Source: Asterias rubens
Lineage: Eukaryota
Length of the DNA stretch: 64,000 nt
NCBI RefSeq assembly: GCF_902459465.1
Contig: NC_047072.1
Location: 14,818,001 to 14,882,000, forward strand
Reading direction: 5' to 3'
A program made the translations under genes and the position numbers. The notes under the pieces were generated by a model that was given only the letters and a program-made list of their open reading frames with translations, ran no database searches and had not been told where the DNA came from. Every line of letters begins with the position of its first letter. Position 1 is the first letter of the stretch. Positions 1 through 11,765 of this stretch are shown here, in pieces.

Positions 1-161
1 AAACGCGCGGAAACAAGGGTGGGTTTTCCGTTGTTTTCTCCCGACTCCGATGACCGATTGAGCCTAAATTTTCACAGGTTTGTTATTTGATATAGAAGTT
101 GTGATACACAAAGTGTGGGCCTTGGACAACACTGTTTACCGAAAGGGTCCAATGGCTTTAA
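1..161. mobile_element. Right end of a TTAA-flanked MITE (Kolobok/piggyBac-like target site), truncated by the window start
   Basis: Ends GGGTCCAATGGCT|TTAA (TTAA at 158-161). Internal GATTGAGCCTAAATTTTCACAGGTTTGTTAT resembles CAATTGAGCTCAATTTTGCACAGGTTTGTTAT in the complete element at 10878-11248. Confidence 0.6.
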
Positions 162-464
162 GTGTGACTGTTTAATAATAAATGTCAGTCATAGAAAATA
201 GTGTTACTCTTGTAAAACTTTAAGTCCAAAGTCCATTAACAATTCTGCACTGACCTTTGGTTGGAAACATAAAAGGCTTCAGTCCATTTCATTTACAACA
301 TTCCATTGACTTAATTATTTGTCATTTTGTTCAGCAGAATCATTATTGTATTTTTTCTCTTTTGGTGTAGCTAAAAAAGGGGCCTTGGATTTTATTGGCA
401 AGCTTGGACCTTATTGCACTTTCAAAACTTTCTACTAATGAAAATTACTTTGACAAAACAGTTT

Positions 465-922
465 GGCCGGTGTCGCATGCAATTATGTCCTCTATGCAAT
501 ACTGTCCGGAGGACATTATTGCATATGCAATAATGTCCGCCGGACAGTTTGGCATATGCAATCGTGTCCACCGGACGCTGCTGCATAATGCAATTGTGTC
601 CGTCCGGACGTATTTGCATGTAGTTGTGTCCGCCATCGTGCAAAACCGTCCCTGCAGTAAATTAAACGCCCTTGGTCGACGGAACACGTTCGCCATTTTT
701 TTTTTACAATGTCATGAATGCCATGGGAGATGTTCGGCCGTGGTGTATTCGCTGCAATCATAATACATGCACGCTATGCTTACGCGCGCACATACATGTT
801 GTACAGTCATCATGAACATGTCCACTGGACGGTTTTTGCATAGCCCGGACACGATTGCATATGCAAAAGTGTCCGGATCGGACAGTATTGCATGGCTGAC
901 ACAATTGCATCTGACAACGGCC
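465..922. mobile_element. Foldback-type non-autonomous element with long imperfect inverted arms made of ~30-bp subrepeats
   Basis: Left arm GGCCGGTGTCGCATGCAATTATGTC...; reverse complement of the right end is GGCCGTTGTCAGATGCAATTGTGTC.... Both arms repeat GCATATGCAAT..TGTCC..GGAC. No clear target-site duplication. Confidence 0.7.
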
Positions 923-1499
923 TTGCCTTTAGTTTACACAAAAATGAGGTTTACTTTAAATAATTGACATTTTGAGCAATCTAATATTGATAAATAAAGG
1001 GTTTTAAAACAGTAGTATCAATGATTGGTAGCCTCTTACCAGTTGTTTTTCAAAATGTCATTACATGACGCTTGAACTTTGAAAACAGACAAAAAGGAAA
1101 ACTGGTGAAAGAAGGACAAGTCTAGTGCAGTTAGTTTCCTAAATTAAAAAAATGCAAAAATGGGCTTAATTAAATTACAGACAGTGGAGTGCTACTCAGG
1201 AGCGCATAGTTTTGGGTAGCGTTAGGCTAATTTAAGTTATTCAGTTAAAGATTTAGAATAATTTCACCGGTAACTTCACGTTTTTTACTTTCTAAATTCT
1301 TGGCATGTGTTTGGCCGGCCCACCAAAATAAAATAAAACAACACAAAAACATTCACTTGAATTGAATGAAATCCTCTTCACTTTGCGCGTGTTCTAGTAC
1401 ATGATATATTATGTTAATAATTGATATTTTAACTAAGTCTTTATGTATTTAATGAGTATAAATTGGAAGTCACAAATAAAGACTTTAATGAATATTCAA

Positions 1500-1680
1500 C
1501 AAGCATTCAAAAACTACACAGGCCGGCTATAGGCTAGGCGCAGGACGTAGACGACGACGACGTAATTCGGAAAACTGCGCTGAAAGTTCTCATGGAAATT
1601 GAACATATTGATTGGTTTCAATCTACCACGTGACAAATGAGACTCATCCACTTTTAAATGGGTAATCGCGGGAGGTGAAG
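1500..1680. promoter_or_regulatory. CpG-rich putative promoter upstream of DONSON, possibly bidirectional
   Basis: Local CpG cluster in AT-rich DNA, inverted CCAAT (ATTGG 1611-1615) and E-box CACGTG (~1627-1632). The DONSON ATG exon has an acceptor at 3153, so an upstream UTR exon is needed. TSS not observable. Confidence 0.35.
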
Positions 1681-2134
1681 TATCTAACTTGATTCATACA
1701 AATACAAATAACTCCATAAAGATATGAGTTATAATTAATGTTTTTAATATAGTTTATATTTAAAGCAATTTTTTGTCTATAAATACTGATTACTTCATAA
1801 TACATTAAATCTACAACTAGTTTGTTAATATTGTTCACCGATTGTGAATTAGTTTTTCCTTATATTTTGTTAAGCAAAACATGTGCTGTTGTTTACAAGC
1901 TTTGTGTACGAGTTAAACTGAACAGAGTCTGGACACCAGACATTCAGACAGCCGCGATATTTGACCAGTAAAAAGCAAAATCTCCACACCGAATTATCAG
2001 GTAAACTTTCACATTTGATTGAAGTTTGCTTGTTTGAATGTGTGTTTGTTTGAATGATATTAAGGGATATATAAACACCAAGCTGGCAATAGCCAATTTC
2101 TTTCACAAACATAGGTTTATTTATTTTAAATAAC

Positions 2135-2292
2135 GTCTACTCTACCGCCGGGCTACACAACACACATCAAGAAATTGTGATTCGTTAACTACCGTAGAGG
2201 GACGACGAAGTCAGCAGTTAGCTGGGGGATTCGAACCCACAACCTTGTGATTGCAAGTCTTGCAGTCCAACCACTTGACGACCACGGTGACT
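2135..2292 (-). mobile_element. tRNA-derived SINE remnant
   Basis: Minus strand has an A-box-like TGGTCGTCAAGTGG and B-box GGTTCGAATCC, followed by non-tRNA body sequence. Acceptor and anticodon stems do not pair. Confidence 0.65.
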
Positions 2293-2528
2293 GTACGGGA
2301 TCCACTGTACGTATGGAGATATCAGAATTAAACTGCTATGTTTTATATTTACAGAGTTAAGCTTTCAGTGAACCCCTTCCTTCTGTTTTCTGACAAAAAC
2401 ACTCACTCAGCTTATTCATTTATTTAATTTGATATAAAACAAAACTTTGTTTGTGAAACCAACTGAAATCGGTGACTGTGTAATGTGTAGTTTGTGACTA
2501 GACTGTGAGTGAGTCAGTGTGACTGTGA

Positions 2529-2620
2529 GGGGCGACTTTTGAGAGGGGGCGACTTCATAATTGAGTGGCGACTTTGTTAGGGGCAACTTTGTAGTGGGCG
2601 ACTTTGCTGGGGCGAGTTTG
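2529..2620. repeat. Degenerate short tandem repeat, 6 copies of GGGGCGACTTTG-like motif
   Basis: Motif copies at about 2529, 2545, 2565, 2580, 2595 and 2609. Confidence 0.7.
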
Positions 2621-2733
2621 GAATACTGGCATTAAAAAATTAAAAAATCCACTTAATAAGCGATTGATTGAGCCGGATGTTGGCAAAAACTGAACCCCGC
2701 TCTCTGGGACACATTACATTTTTTTGATGTCAT

Positions 2734-3075
2734 TAGTTGCAATAATCGTAACCCTCCATCCATCCTCCCGTTGGCGTTGGTCGGAGAAGACCAGGAGGAA
2801 AGAGGGTTACCATTATCGCAACTAACATGAAATAGGCATAGCAAGCAGGTTCAGACTGTGCACTAACAATTTTGTTAACCCACCCCGCCATGCCCACCAG
2901 ATAACCGAGTGGTACAAATAAAAATAGCACATTAGCAGGGAATTGTGTTGTAATTTTGTTTCCATGCTCAACGCTCACCTCCAGTAGTTGCGATGATCAT
3001 AACCCTGCACATCTTTTCGACGGTGGTAGATGATGGAGGGTTATGATTAGTGCCTAGTTATGATTATCGCAACTA
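2734..3075. mobile_element. Two ~90-bp palindromic mini-elements (2734-2824, 2985-3075) of the family at 34233
   Basis: Both begin TAGTTGC(A/G)AT.ATC.TAACCCT and end AGGGTTA...ATTATCGCAACTA. Confidence 0.65.
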
Positions 3076-3165
3076 CACAAATATCCAGGTGGCAGCATTG
3101 TGAAAGTGTTGTTAATATCATAACCCTCCAGTTTTTATTTGATGTTTGTGTAGTTTGTTATCACT

Positions 3166-6100
3166 ATGGCCGACCAAACCAATGTTGCCAACTCTCCTGC
3201 TTGGAAGAAACCTTCTGATATTATGAAAGTACGTCTGAAGAAACAACGGGCCAGCAGTGTGGATAGCTTCCAAGCTCTTAAAAACAAAACAGTACCAAGG
3301 AACAGATTCTCAAGCAGTGAGGACGAAAGAAACAATAGGCATGGAAAGAGGAGGAACCCGTTTGGTCAGGATGGTGCACCTCCAGCACGGCGCAGAGTCT
3401 CACAAAAAAGCATCGATGATGAAAAGGTTATTGAGCAAGAAAGTGAGCCTGGCTTGAAGAGAGGGGACTCAAGAGAGGAGGAGAGTGGTACAGAAGGCGT
3501 CAGTTTGTTTCAGGCTTTAGACTCCGAGAATACTAAGGTTTGATATTATTTCTTTCAAATATCAAAATCATTATTTAGTCATGAAGCAAAACATTTGAAA
3601 CTAAAACTGAACTGGATGCTTGGAACCAGGAAACTCTAGACTCCATGAACAAATTAGTATGCTCTGGCAAACTAAACATCTTCTCTGTGTACTCCAATGT
3701 AGTATGACTAACCACATCGCAAGCATAGTCAGTTGAGTTTGACTTGCTTTGGTGTATTTCCGTAAGGTTATTAATTAAAGTGACATATTCTCAAGTAACC
3801 TCAAATGTGTAAATCATGTTAACTTCTATACTTTTGTTACTTTTCATTAGGCCTGGGCGACTAGTGCGACTAGTGTCGTAGTCGCGACTATTGACTGATT
3901 AGATAAGTCGCGATTACCATTTTTCAACAACTCGATCAATCATGCCGCCAGGACTACTAAAATAATAATCGCAACGACTAAAATAATTGTCGGAACTACC
4001 TGTTTGGTGAACCTATTGTGTCGCTTACAGCTATTCGCGACAACATAATTTACTTTCAAAGCACAATCAGAAATCAGTAACACAATCCTTCAATCCTTCA
4101 ATCCTTTTAGCTTGATTACTAAATTGCGCCTGCGACAAACATTGCCATAATGCATCTTGAGAATTAAAATTTAGTCAAGACTAGTGTCAAAGTCGCTACT
4201 ATTTGAGTAGTAAATTTCACTAGTCGCCCAGGCCTACTATTCATGTCCATAAATAAGGGAATCAATATGTGGTGAAGAGGTTTTCAACTAGTGGTTTAAT
4301 CCCAACGAGGCCAGGTTCTTGATTATTTTACCGAGACGAAGTCAAGTTAAATTATCAAGAACCAGGCCTCGGCGGGTTTAAACCACTAGTTGAAAACCGA
4401 TTCAACACACTTTGATTCCCATTCATAAATACCTTATTGGTAAAATAAACATCAACACATTGTGTCAAAAAATTAAATAAATGCAAAAGTTATAATTGTT
4501 CAATGATTTCTTTCAACACAACACCCCTCCAGCTATGAAATGGTAAGGCCCTCCGCCACCATCGGGTAAACAACTCCTTCTAATATAAGGGAATGTTGTG
4601 CGATCGCACGTATCGCGTGATGTGGCCCAAATGTCCCAGCCGTTGCTCTCGACCAATAGGAATGAAGAAACTGTCCTATAATCACAGGTGCAAGCTAACG
4701 TGTCACGCCCATGTTTCATCACTTTTTACTGGTCATAAACAAAGGTTTATACACACCCACGTGACCACTCTCCACCAATAGGAATAGCGAAACTGTCTGA
4801 GGTATTTATGAATGTTGTTTTTTGTGTATTTTTAGTCGGTTTTCTCAGAAGAAACACATAAACAAGACACAGCAGAGTACCAGGAAGCATTGAGAGTTGA
4901 CAGTTCCGTTGAGACAGAAAAGCGCAATGAGAAATCCAACACCGATGAACAAACTGAATCCAATCTATGTGTGAGTACCCTGATATCTAATAAGAAATCG
5001 CCTTTGATTTCACAACAGAAATTGAACTAGACTACTGTATTGTTCAGTTTAGTTTAGTGAATTTTTCATTCAATCAGTTAGCTTTGACAATATAATATAG
5101 TAGGTTTAAATGATAATGATCAAGTTGTGGAGGTCGCCAAGAAGCAAGCTTGTAGGATGGAGACCCAAAATATTTTAGCATAAGTTGGCACAAAATAGTT
5201 CAGTTTTGGGGGGAACCAAGGGACTTGAAGGCAATGGACTCCAATACCTCTCAAGTATTAAGCTTGCATCTGTACAGTGACTGTTTTTTACTTTTGAATA
5301 ATGTTTTATCATATTGCAATCTCCATTACTTTTCAGACATCTGAATTCTTGCCACTAGATTGGAGCATTAAATCCAGGGTTCGATTTACCTCTCCCTGCC
5401 CCTTCAGTTGGAGCGCTCCCCTCAAGACGACTGAGGAGGCTCAAGGACTCTGTTCTTTTGTCAGATGTGAAGATAGGAGAGGCCACCAGAACAGCAAATC
5501 AGAGGTATGGAATCCTTTGTCCGCATACTTGCTCCTCTTGCTAAACCATCGTTTATAATGATTATATTTGGTATTTTGTATTTAGGCGAGGCATTTGCTT
5601 TTGGGGTCTTCATATTTGTGTGTCTAGGCCTACACGTTGTTACTGACGAATCTGGGTGGTATGACAACCAAAGAGGGAACTAAAGTTCTCATAGACTTAC
5701 ATTGGGTTGAATTTATCTACACCTATTTTATACTTAGCGTGCAAAACCAATGTGTATGTCTAGAAAAAGTCCAAACATTGGAAGAACAAAGAGTCCTTGA
5801 TTTACCAGGTCAAAAAATTTAAGTGTGCGGGTTGTGTTCATGCCTTCAAATATATTTAAAGATCTTAAATGTTTATCTTGATCTAAAGAGAGTGTGTACA
5901 TGTAAATTTAGTTTTGCTACCATTATGTTCCATCACATGGATGTTGAACATGTTTGTTTTGTTGAATGTGTCTTGGTTTCAGAATGTCAGGGAAGCACAC
6001 AGTCAATGGAAAGCTAGACTTCAGCAGTCTGTCATGATGTGGAGCCATCCTCATTTACCATGGATGAAACTGTTCCCGAGAATTGTGTTGCGTTCAAAAG

Positions 6101-9100
6101 TCACCACGTGAGTTAAACTGACTGAATATAGCACAGAGTGTAAAACTACTCATCATGATTTTTTATATTTTTTATTATCTTATAAAACCATCAATGTAAT
6201 GTGTTTATTTTATTTTATTTTTTGTCAGCAATTCCTTTGCAGCGAGTGATGAATCAATACAGAAAGAACTGATGGCAAGCTGGTAAGTCCAAGTAGCAGT
6301 TTCTCACAGTCACATGTACTCTTAAAACACTTTCAGGTTCTCAGAACTATGGAAAAAGTATCCCACATTATTACATTTGAGTCATTATAGATAACTTGCG
6401 CCCTAGCAACAGCATCACACTTCCTCAAGATCATATCCCTCTAAAATACCCCACTGTGTTTTCACAGATAACGGCACATGCAATTCCACTAACACTAATA
6501 AATTTGTCCTTTTATGAAGGTCTGAGAGTTTGCGTTCAGTGTTCTATCTATTGAGGTCTGGTGACTGCCCTTATTTCTACCTGTTAGCCCATCAGTATAC
6601 AGTACTATTCAGGGCAGCAGGAGTAGGTGGAATCAAACACCTTCATGCTCTGTTTACTCCTACTACTAAAGGATTGAGAGAAGCTTTCAAAGAAGAAGGT
6701 AAATATGGAGCAAGAGTGGCACTTTCAAAATAACCGTTTTTGTTTTTTTGCTCATTCATGAAAGGTGAAAATAAGCATTGCTTTAAGGTGATCCCTCTCC
6801 TACCACTTCCCTGTGGTATGGTAAACATGAGTATGATTCCTGGCTATAGACCCATTGCATATGCATCACACTCTCCAAAAGGAGGCAGCTAGATCATTGG
6901 ACAATAGCTTTTCTCTGTGCATAAAAACGTGCGCGTGACCTCAGCGTACCGCGTTATGCAAGGGGGAGCTATTCTTACACAATACAGAACGCGCCTCCGA
7001 ACAATGCGCATTATTTTGGGCGTCAACTCTCTTTTGTGCATGTTGGTATACGATTTTGACACCCAAAATGACACCCAGGATAGGCACGTGGAGTACGCTG
7101 GGCGTATTGCGAGGGCTATATGGCACTTGGCAGTTAAAGGTTGAATGGCTTCCGAGGGGCACTCATGTACAAACACATTCACGAAGTAGAGAGACCGTTA
7201 ACATAAGGGCTAGATTGCTTAGTTGGTAGAGCACCGGCATGTTAATCCATAGGTTGCAGATTCAAGTCCCACTCTAGTCAATTCTAATTTGTTCAACTCC
7301 AAATTGCTGTTTTTGTTAACATATGTCTACTGCAGGTATTGAATTCAGTATGCCACTGCTGAAGATGGATGCCCAACAAGAGAAGTCTACAGTTCAAGAC
7401 CTTGAGGATGAATACAAAGATACAGACAAACAGTCTTCTTCTGTGGAAGGAGAAAAACTTGACACCACAAAATTGGGGTATTTTCAAATTTTCTGCTTCT
7501 GCACAAATTAATATGGATAGGACTCACAACTTAGTATTAATGCCAGGCTCAAGCAGAGGGGTCGAATGGTGAAGATTCTGTTTTCTACCTTGTGATGGTT
7601 GTCGAATGATTTGCATATTCTGGTAACCGGTTCCAGTCTTTAATACACGGAAACAAATTATACTTGTAGATGTTGAGGCATATGATATTTGATAAGGATA
7701 AGTATTATTATTGGAGAATGCCTGCAACATTGGTGTCAGGTACTGGTCAGTGAGAATGATGATGAGACTTTGCTTTATAATAGGTGGGAGTACATTTTCC
7801 TATCTTGTAAGGGCTGCTAGTTTAGTTTAGAAAGTATGTTTCTCACAAAACCTGCTGTTTGGATTTCTTTGGATTTGTCCCAGTTTTTGAACATGTTTTA
7901 CAGTTTGAGGGTCCCAAAGTCAAAGTGGATGGTTGTGTTTAACCATGATGAAATGCCTATTTTCTCACTATTTGTGCTAATTTTCCTTTGCAGTGATACA
8001 GCTTTAGATAAGCTGCCGAAAGCAGATGATGAAGACCAAGATGTAGATGATGATGAGCTGGAAATAAGTCAAGATGACGGTGCAGCTTCGTCTTGGCTTC
8101 AAAGCATGGGTCTTGATAAGCAGAGTTTCCCCACGCTGGAACCAAGTAAAGTCAACTTGTATCCTTTCAATATCATAATCATTCATGCAACCGGCAGCTT
8201 TAATAAAAAATAACCTGACAACAAGGCCAATAGTACAGTTCCCTAATCTATCATTACAGATTAAATGTACAAGTTTTGCATTGCGTTTATAAGTGTGCAA
8301 CTTTTTGTGTTGTTATTCAGTGAACAGTGCTACAGGATAAAGCCCTTTCCACAATGTTTTGATATTTATGATTTTGTGTGTGTATAGTTGTAGGTTCAAT
8401 TTGTTTTCCTTAATAAGTATCACCAGCCAACGTGATAATTTAATGAAAGTAGACAACCGGCCCCAGTCTACAGTTCTCATCCAGTCTTCGGATACCCAAG
8501 CACTGTACAACTTCCTACTAAACACAAAGACAACAGTAGCTACCACTGGTTCTACAGCAGGAGTTCCACCAACTATACTAGCTCCAGTTGCATTCCAAGG
8601 GTCAACACTAAACAGCCATAAGGTACATATCATGTCTTAGTGTTTGTGAAATTCTGTTATTATAAACAACCATACTCCATGTCAAGTTTGGATATACATT
8701 TTTTAATTGGAAGTTGCTTCATTAAGTCTATCACATTTATCAGTCCCTACTTGCTTGTAACTTTGGCATGGAACTGTCCACCCAGACTTATTGCACGCAC
8801 TAACTTGGCTCTCAAATCTCAAGTCTGCTACTTAACAGAGGCAACAAAGGCGATTGCCTCTATGCCCCCTGGTCATTGCCTTGGTGCTCTTGAAATGCTC
8901 CAGTAGAAATTTTCAATTTCCTCATAGGGTGCCCTTTACCAAGGAGAAAATGCATTGGTGCCCTTTCAAACACGAAGGATACAGGCTTGATAATATCTAG
9001 ATAGAATTAGCAGGCATGTGGCCTCATACCAAGCTGTATTGTTCTATATTCAATCATTATCAATTCAAGCCACTGAATTTTTTTGTATGGAGGAAGGGTT

Positions 9101-9489
9101 TTATGAATTGGGCTGATCAAATTAATGCATTTTTGAATGAATTCTGTTTTTGTTTTTAGTGGAGACCGAATGTGATGAAGCAGGCTGTTGGTAACACCCT
9201 CAAAGAATCCTACAGTCTTGAAGTGACTGGTCCACTTCTTCCACACAATGTCTTCAACATATGTCAGCTTCTACAGGAATCTCAGAGTGGAGACTTTGGT
9301 GGAAACTTCAGCAGTCATGAACCCACACTACCATTCAGTCAGGTATTTCAAAATAGTGAAGAGAACCTTGAAAACATGAAAAGAGAGTCCGATACTTTTT
9401 CAAATTTTCTAGCTGTGAAGGGAGAGGACAGATATGTTAGTGTTGTGAAGGAATTAAACTGTGAAGCCGGAATGTACCAGTGGTTATGA
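3166..9489 (+). CDS. DONSON: Protein downstream neighbor of SON (replisome/CMG assembly factor), 621 aa
   Basis: Exons 3166-3537, 4836-4970, 5337-5504, 5983-6107, 6229-6282, 6520-6698, 7336-7477, 7994-8158, 8427-8622, 9160-9489; 1866 nt, phases consistent. DONSON-family motifs: LPLDWSIKSRVRFTS, WSHPHLPWMKLFPR, CPYFYLLAHQYTVLFRAAG, PTTKGLREAFKEEGIEFSMPL, AGVPPTILAPVAFQG, YSLEVTGPLLP, C-terminal YQWL*. Confidence 0.95.
3848..4236. mobile_element. hAT-type MITE in DONSON intron 1
   Basis: Perfect 19-bp TIR TAGGCCTGGGCGACTAGTG / CACTAGTCGCCCAGGCCTA. 8-bp flanks CTTTTCAT and CTATTCAT match 7/8, the hAT target-site length. Confidence 0.85.
4254..4813. mobile_element. ~560-bp dispersed repeat, copy 1 (inverted copy at 21543-22097)
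   Basis: Collinear reverse-complement match to 21543-22097. Contains a ~120-bp hairpin (4279-4398) and a module bounded by ATTCATAAATACC (4421) and GGTATTTATGAAT (4813). Confidence 0.85.
7207..7305 (+). mobile_element. tRNA-derived SINE-like repeat with a tRNA-Asn-like head, degenerate
   Basis: GGGCTAGATTGCTTAGTTGGTAGAGC...GTTAA...ATTCAAGTCCCACTCTAGTC. Acceptor stem GGCTAGA/TCTAGTC pairs, but anticodon and T stems are broken. Same family as 58360-58500. Confidence 0.7.
8159..8426 (+). other. U12-type (minor spliceosome) GT-AG intron of DONSON
   Basis: Donor GTATCCTTT matches the U12 consensus RTATCCTTT. Branch site TTTTCCTTAAT (8404-8414) lies ~12 nt before CAG with no polypyrimidine tract. 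Frame joins correctly (phase 2). Confidence 0.85.
8836..8989. mobile_element. Dispersed MITE-like family rich in GTGCCCTT motifs
   Basis: Shares TTGGTGC.CTTGAAATGCT.CAGTAGAAAT...TCCTCATAGGGTGCCCTTTACCAAG with ~17720-17840. More distant relatives near 11475-11640, 17260-17375 and 23945-24112. Confidence 0.7.
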
Positions 9490-10469
9490 CATTTTTTAGT
9501 TGAGATGTTCTTTATCAACTGTAAGATGTGTGATGCTAGGGCTGGCCCAGTGTGATTTTACTGCTTTTAATGTGACAAAGGATCCGTTCTGCTGGGCTCA
9601 AATGCCTCTGATGGCTGATTGATGTTTGGTCCTCACAATACAATAGAACGGCATTTATATTCAACCTGGAAATCTTTGGATCTAAATGGCTTGTTTTACA
9701 TAGACCCCTTGTACCATCTGCCCATGGTCTGCCATTTTGGGAATTAAAATGCATGTAAAGATAGCAACGTGAACAGTGACCTGACATCAACAGAATCAGT
9801 GATTGTGATGTTCATGTATGCCTCGTATTGGAAAACATTTGGCGTAAGTGCAACACCTATTACATTTTTCCATTGAAATAACAACCCTACATGTAGCTAT
9901 TATAAATTTATTGATAGAGCTATGCAAGTACATGATAATCATCAGGAGAATATACCTTTCATGTTACAAGTATAATACTTAGGTTGTATGAAAAACATTA
10001 GTACCTTCATCATACCTTCTTCAGTACCTTCTTCAAAATATCTTCATATTTTCTCTGTCGCAAATTTTGGAAAAATCCATTCTTCTAAGATATTTTTTTA
10101 ACATGATTTGTTTTGCATATTTCATCATTCCCTCCATCAGGACATTCAACAAAAACTCTTTGTGTGAAATAGATTTAATGTCATTTTATATAATAGCTCT
10201 AAAAATGAATACAAATTTAGCTTTTAAAGTATTTAATAATATGTCTGCTGAAAGCAGTCGAATACTCCAGAGTGTGTGTACTTGTATATTTTAGAATTCT
10301 ATTTATGTGCCTCGGAGAAGTAAATTTCTTCTTGAATGAGAATTTTTTGTGAAAAAATGAATTTCTAAAATGTTGCTACTTTAAATTGATCAAAACTACT
10401 TGATATAAAATAACTGAACAACAAAAACAAGACGAGCATCTACAAAGGTTTGTTTTTCAAATGAATGTT

Positions 10470-10874
10470 TTTATTTCTTGCTGACCTCATCATCTATCAT
10501 ACATTATAAAACAGTGGTGGGATAGTAGTCATGAGCTTTGCATGAAAACTTTCTCAGGTAAATTTTTTTCTCTGAGCAGAGGCCTTTTCCAGAACTGCAT
10601 CCTGATAGGCCTATATGTATTGTAATTGAATAAAGTAACTAATATAAAAACTTACATAAGATCGTCTTGATTCATGATTTTATCACAACATTAAAATAAT
10701 CGCAACATTAAAAAAGAAAAGTTCTTGAGAGATTGTCTAGTGTTTAAAAAGCATTATTTTGTGCAAATAAAAACCATTTCTTCTCACAATCCCGCTTTTC
10801 ATGCACTAAAGAATACCACACAAAACATTTCCTTTTTATTGAAAGAGTTTTGTATGCACTGTATTGTCTTTATT
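10470..10874. terminator. Candidate polyadenylation signals of the convergent DONSON and SON transcripts
   Basis: Plus-strand AATAAA at 10629-10634 and 10766-10771. Minus-strand AATAAA (TTTATT) at 10470-10475, 10835-10840 and 10869-10874. Actual usage unknown. Confidence 0.4.
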
Positions 10875-11252
10875 TAAAGGCAGTGGACACTTTTGGTAAT
10901 TACTCAAAATAAGTATTAGCATAAAACCTTACTTGGTACGAGTAATGGGGAGAGGTTGAAAGTATAAAACTTTGTGAGAAACGGCTCCCTCTGAAGTAAC
11001 ATAGTTTTCGAGAAAGAAGTAATTTTCCACGAATTTGATTTTGAGACCTCAGAATTAGATTTTGAGGTCTCGAAATCAAGCATCTGAAAGCACGGAACTT
11101 CGTGTGACAAGGGTTGTTTTTCTTTCATTATTATCTCACAAGTTTGACAACCAATTGAGCTCAATTTTGCACAGGTTTGTTATATTATGTTCAGATACAC
11201 CAAGTGAGAAGACTGGTCTTTGACAATTACCAATAGTGTCCAGTGTCTTTAA
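10874..11252. mobile_element. Complete TTAA-flanked MITE (Kolobok-like AG..CT termini)
   Basis: TTAA|AGGCAGTGGACACTTTTGGTAATT ... AATTACCAATAGTGTCCAGTGTCT|TTAA, with internal hairpin GAGACCTC/GAGGTCTC. Fragments of the family at 24120-24220 (inverted) and ~59590-59720. Confidence 0.85.
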
Positions 11253-11765
11253 CAAAGTATTGACTGGCTTATTGACAAAAAGTCAGCTACCATAGCTCAC
11301 CCATGCAATGCATTAGGTGTGTTCTCACAAATGATGACTTTGTGGAAGTTTGCAACTGTTATGATGAGCCAGTTTTAAATATGTCTTCCCTTGTCTATTT
11401 TGTAGCTTTATCATGTACCTATTAGGGAGTATACTTTACATTTCATGTTGTGTTTCTGTACTGATACTGTTAAAGCCACCACAGGCATTGAACTTGGCTT
11501 TTGAAGGGGCACAGCAATTTGCCTCTGGTAAGGGGCACTCTATGAGCAAAATGAAAGTTTGTGTCATTTTTTTTTCAAATGGCACCTCAGCAAAAGCATA
11601 TGGCGCAACTGCTGTGAGTTATTTCAAGGCCCGCCACCACATTGTGTAATGTTGCGTTTTAAACATAATGGGTATCAGTCCAAGACGCAAGGTCAAAACA
11701 AGGAATGCTGTTATATGTTCCTTCTCCATCCTTCCTTAAGCTCACATGTTAAAAATGTCTTTCTT

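Noticed and set aside
395-967. Overlapping 66-122 aa ORFs on both strands
   Set aside because: They coincide with the palindromic element at 465-922.
6845-7120. GC-rich insert in DONSON intron 6 with TATAG ends and TGGC flanks
   Set aside because: Probably a MITE, but the inverted ends are too degenerate to define boundaries confidently.
7207-7280. tRNA genes at 7207, 2220-2292 and 58360-58432
   Set aside because: Anticodon and T stems do not pair, boxes are degenerate, and the heads continue into shared repeat bodies. They are SINE-type remnants.
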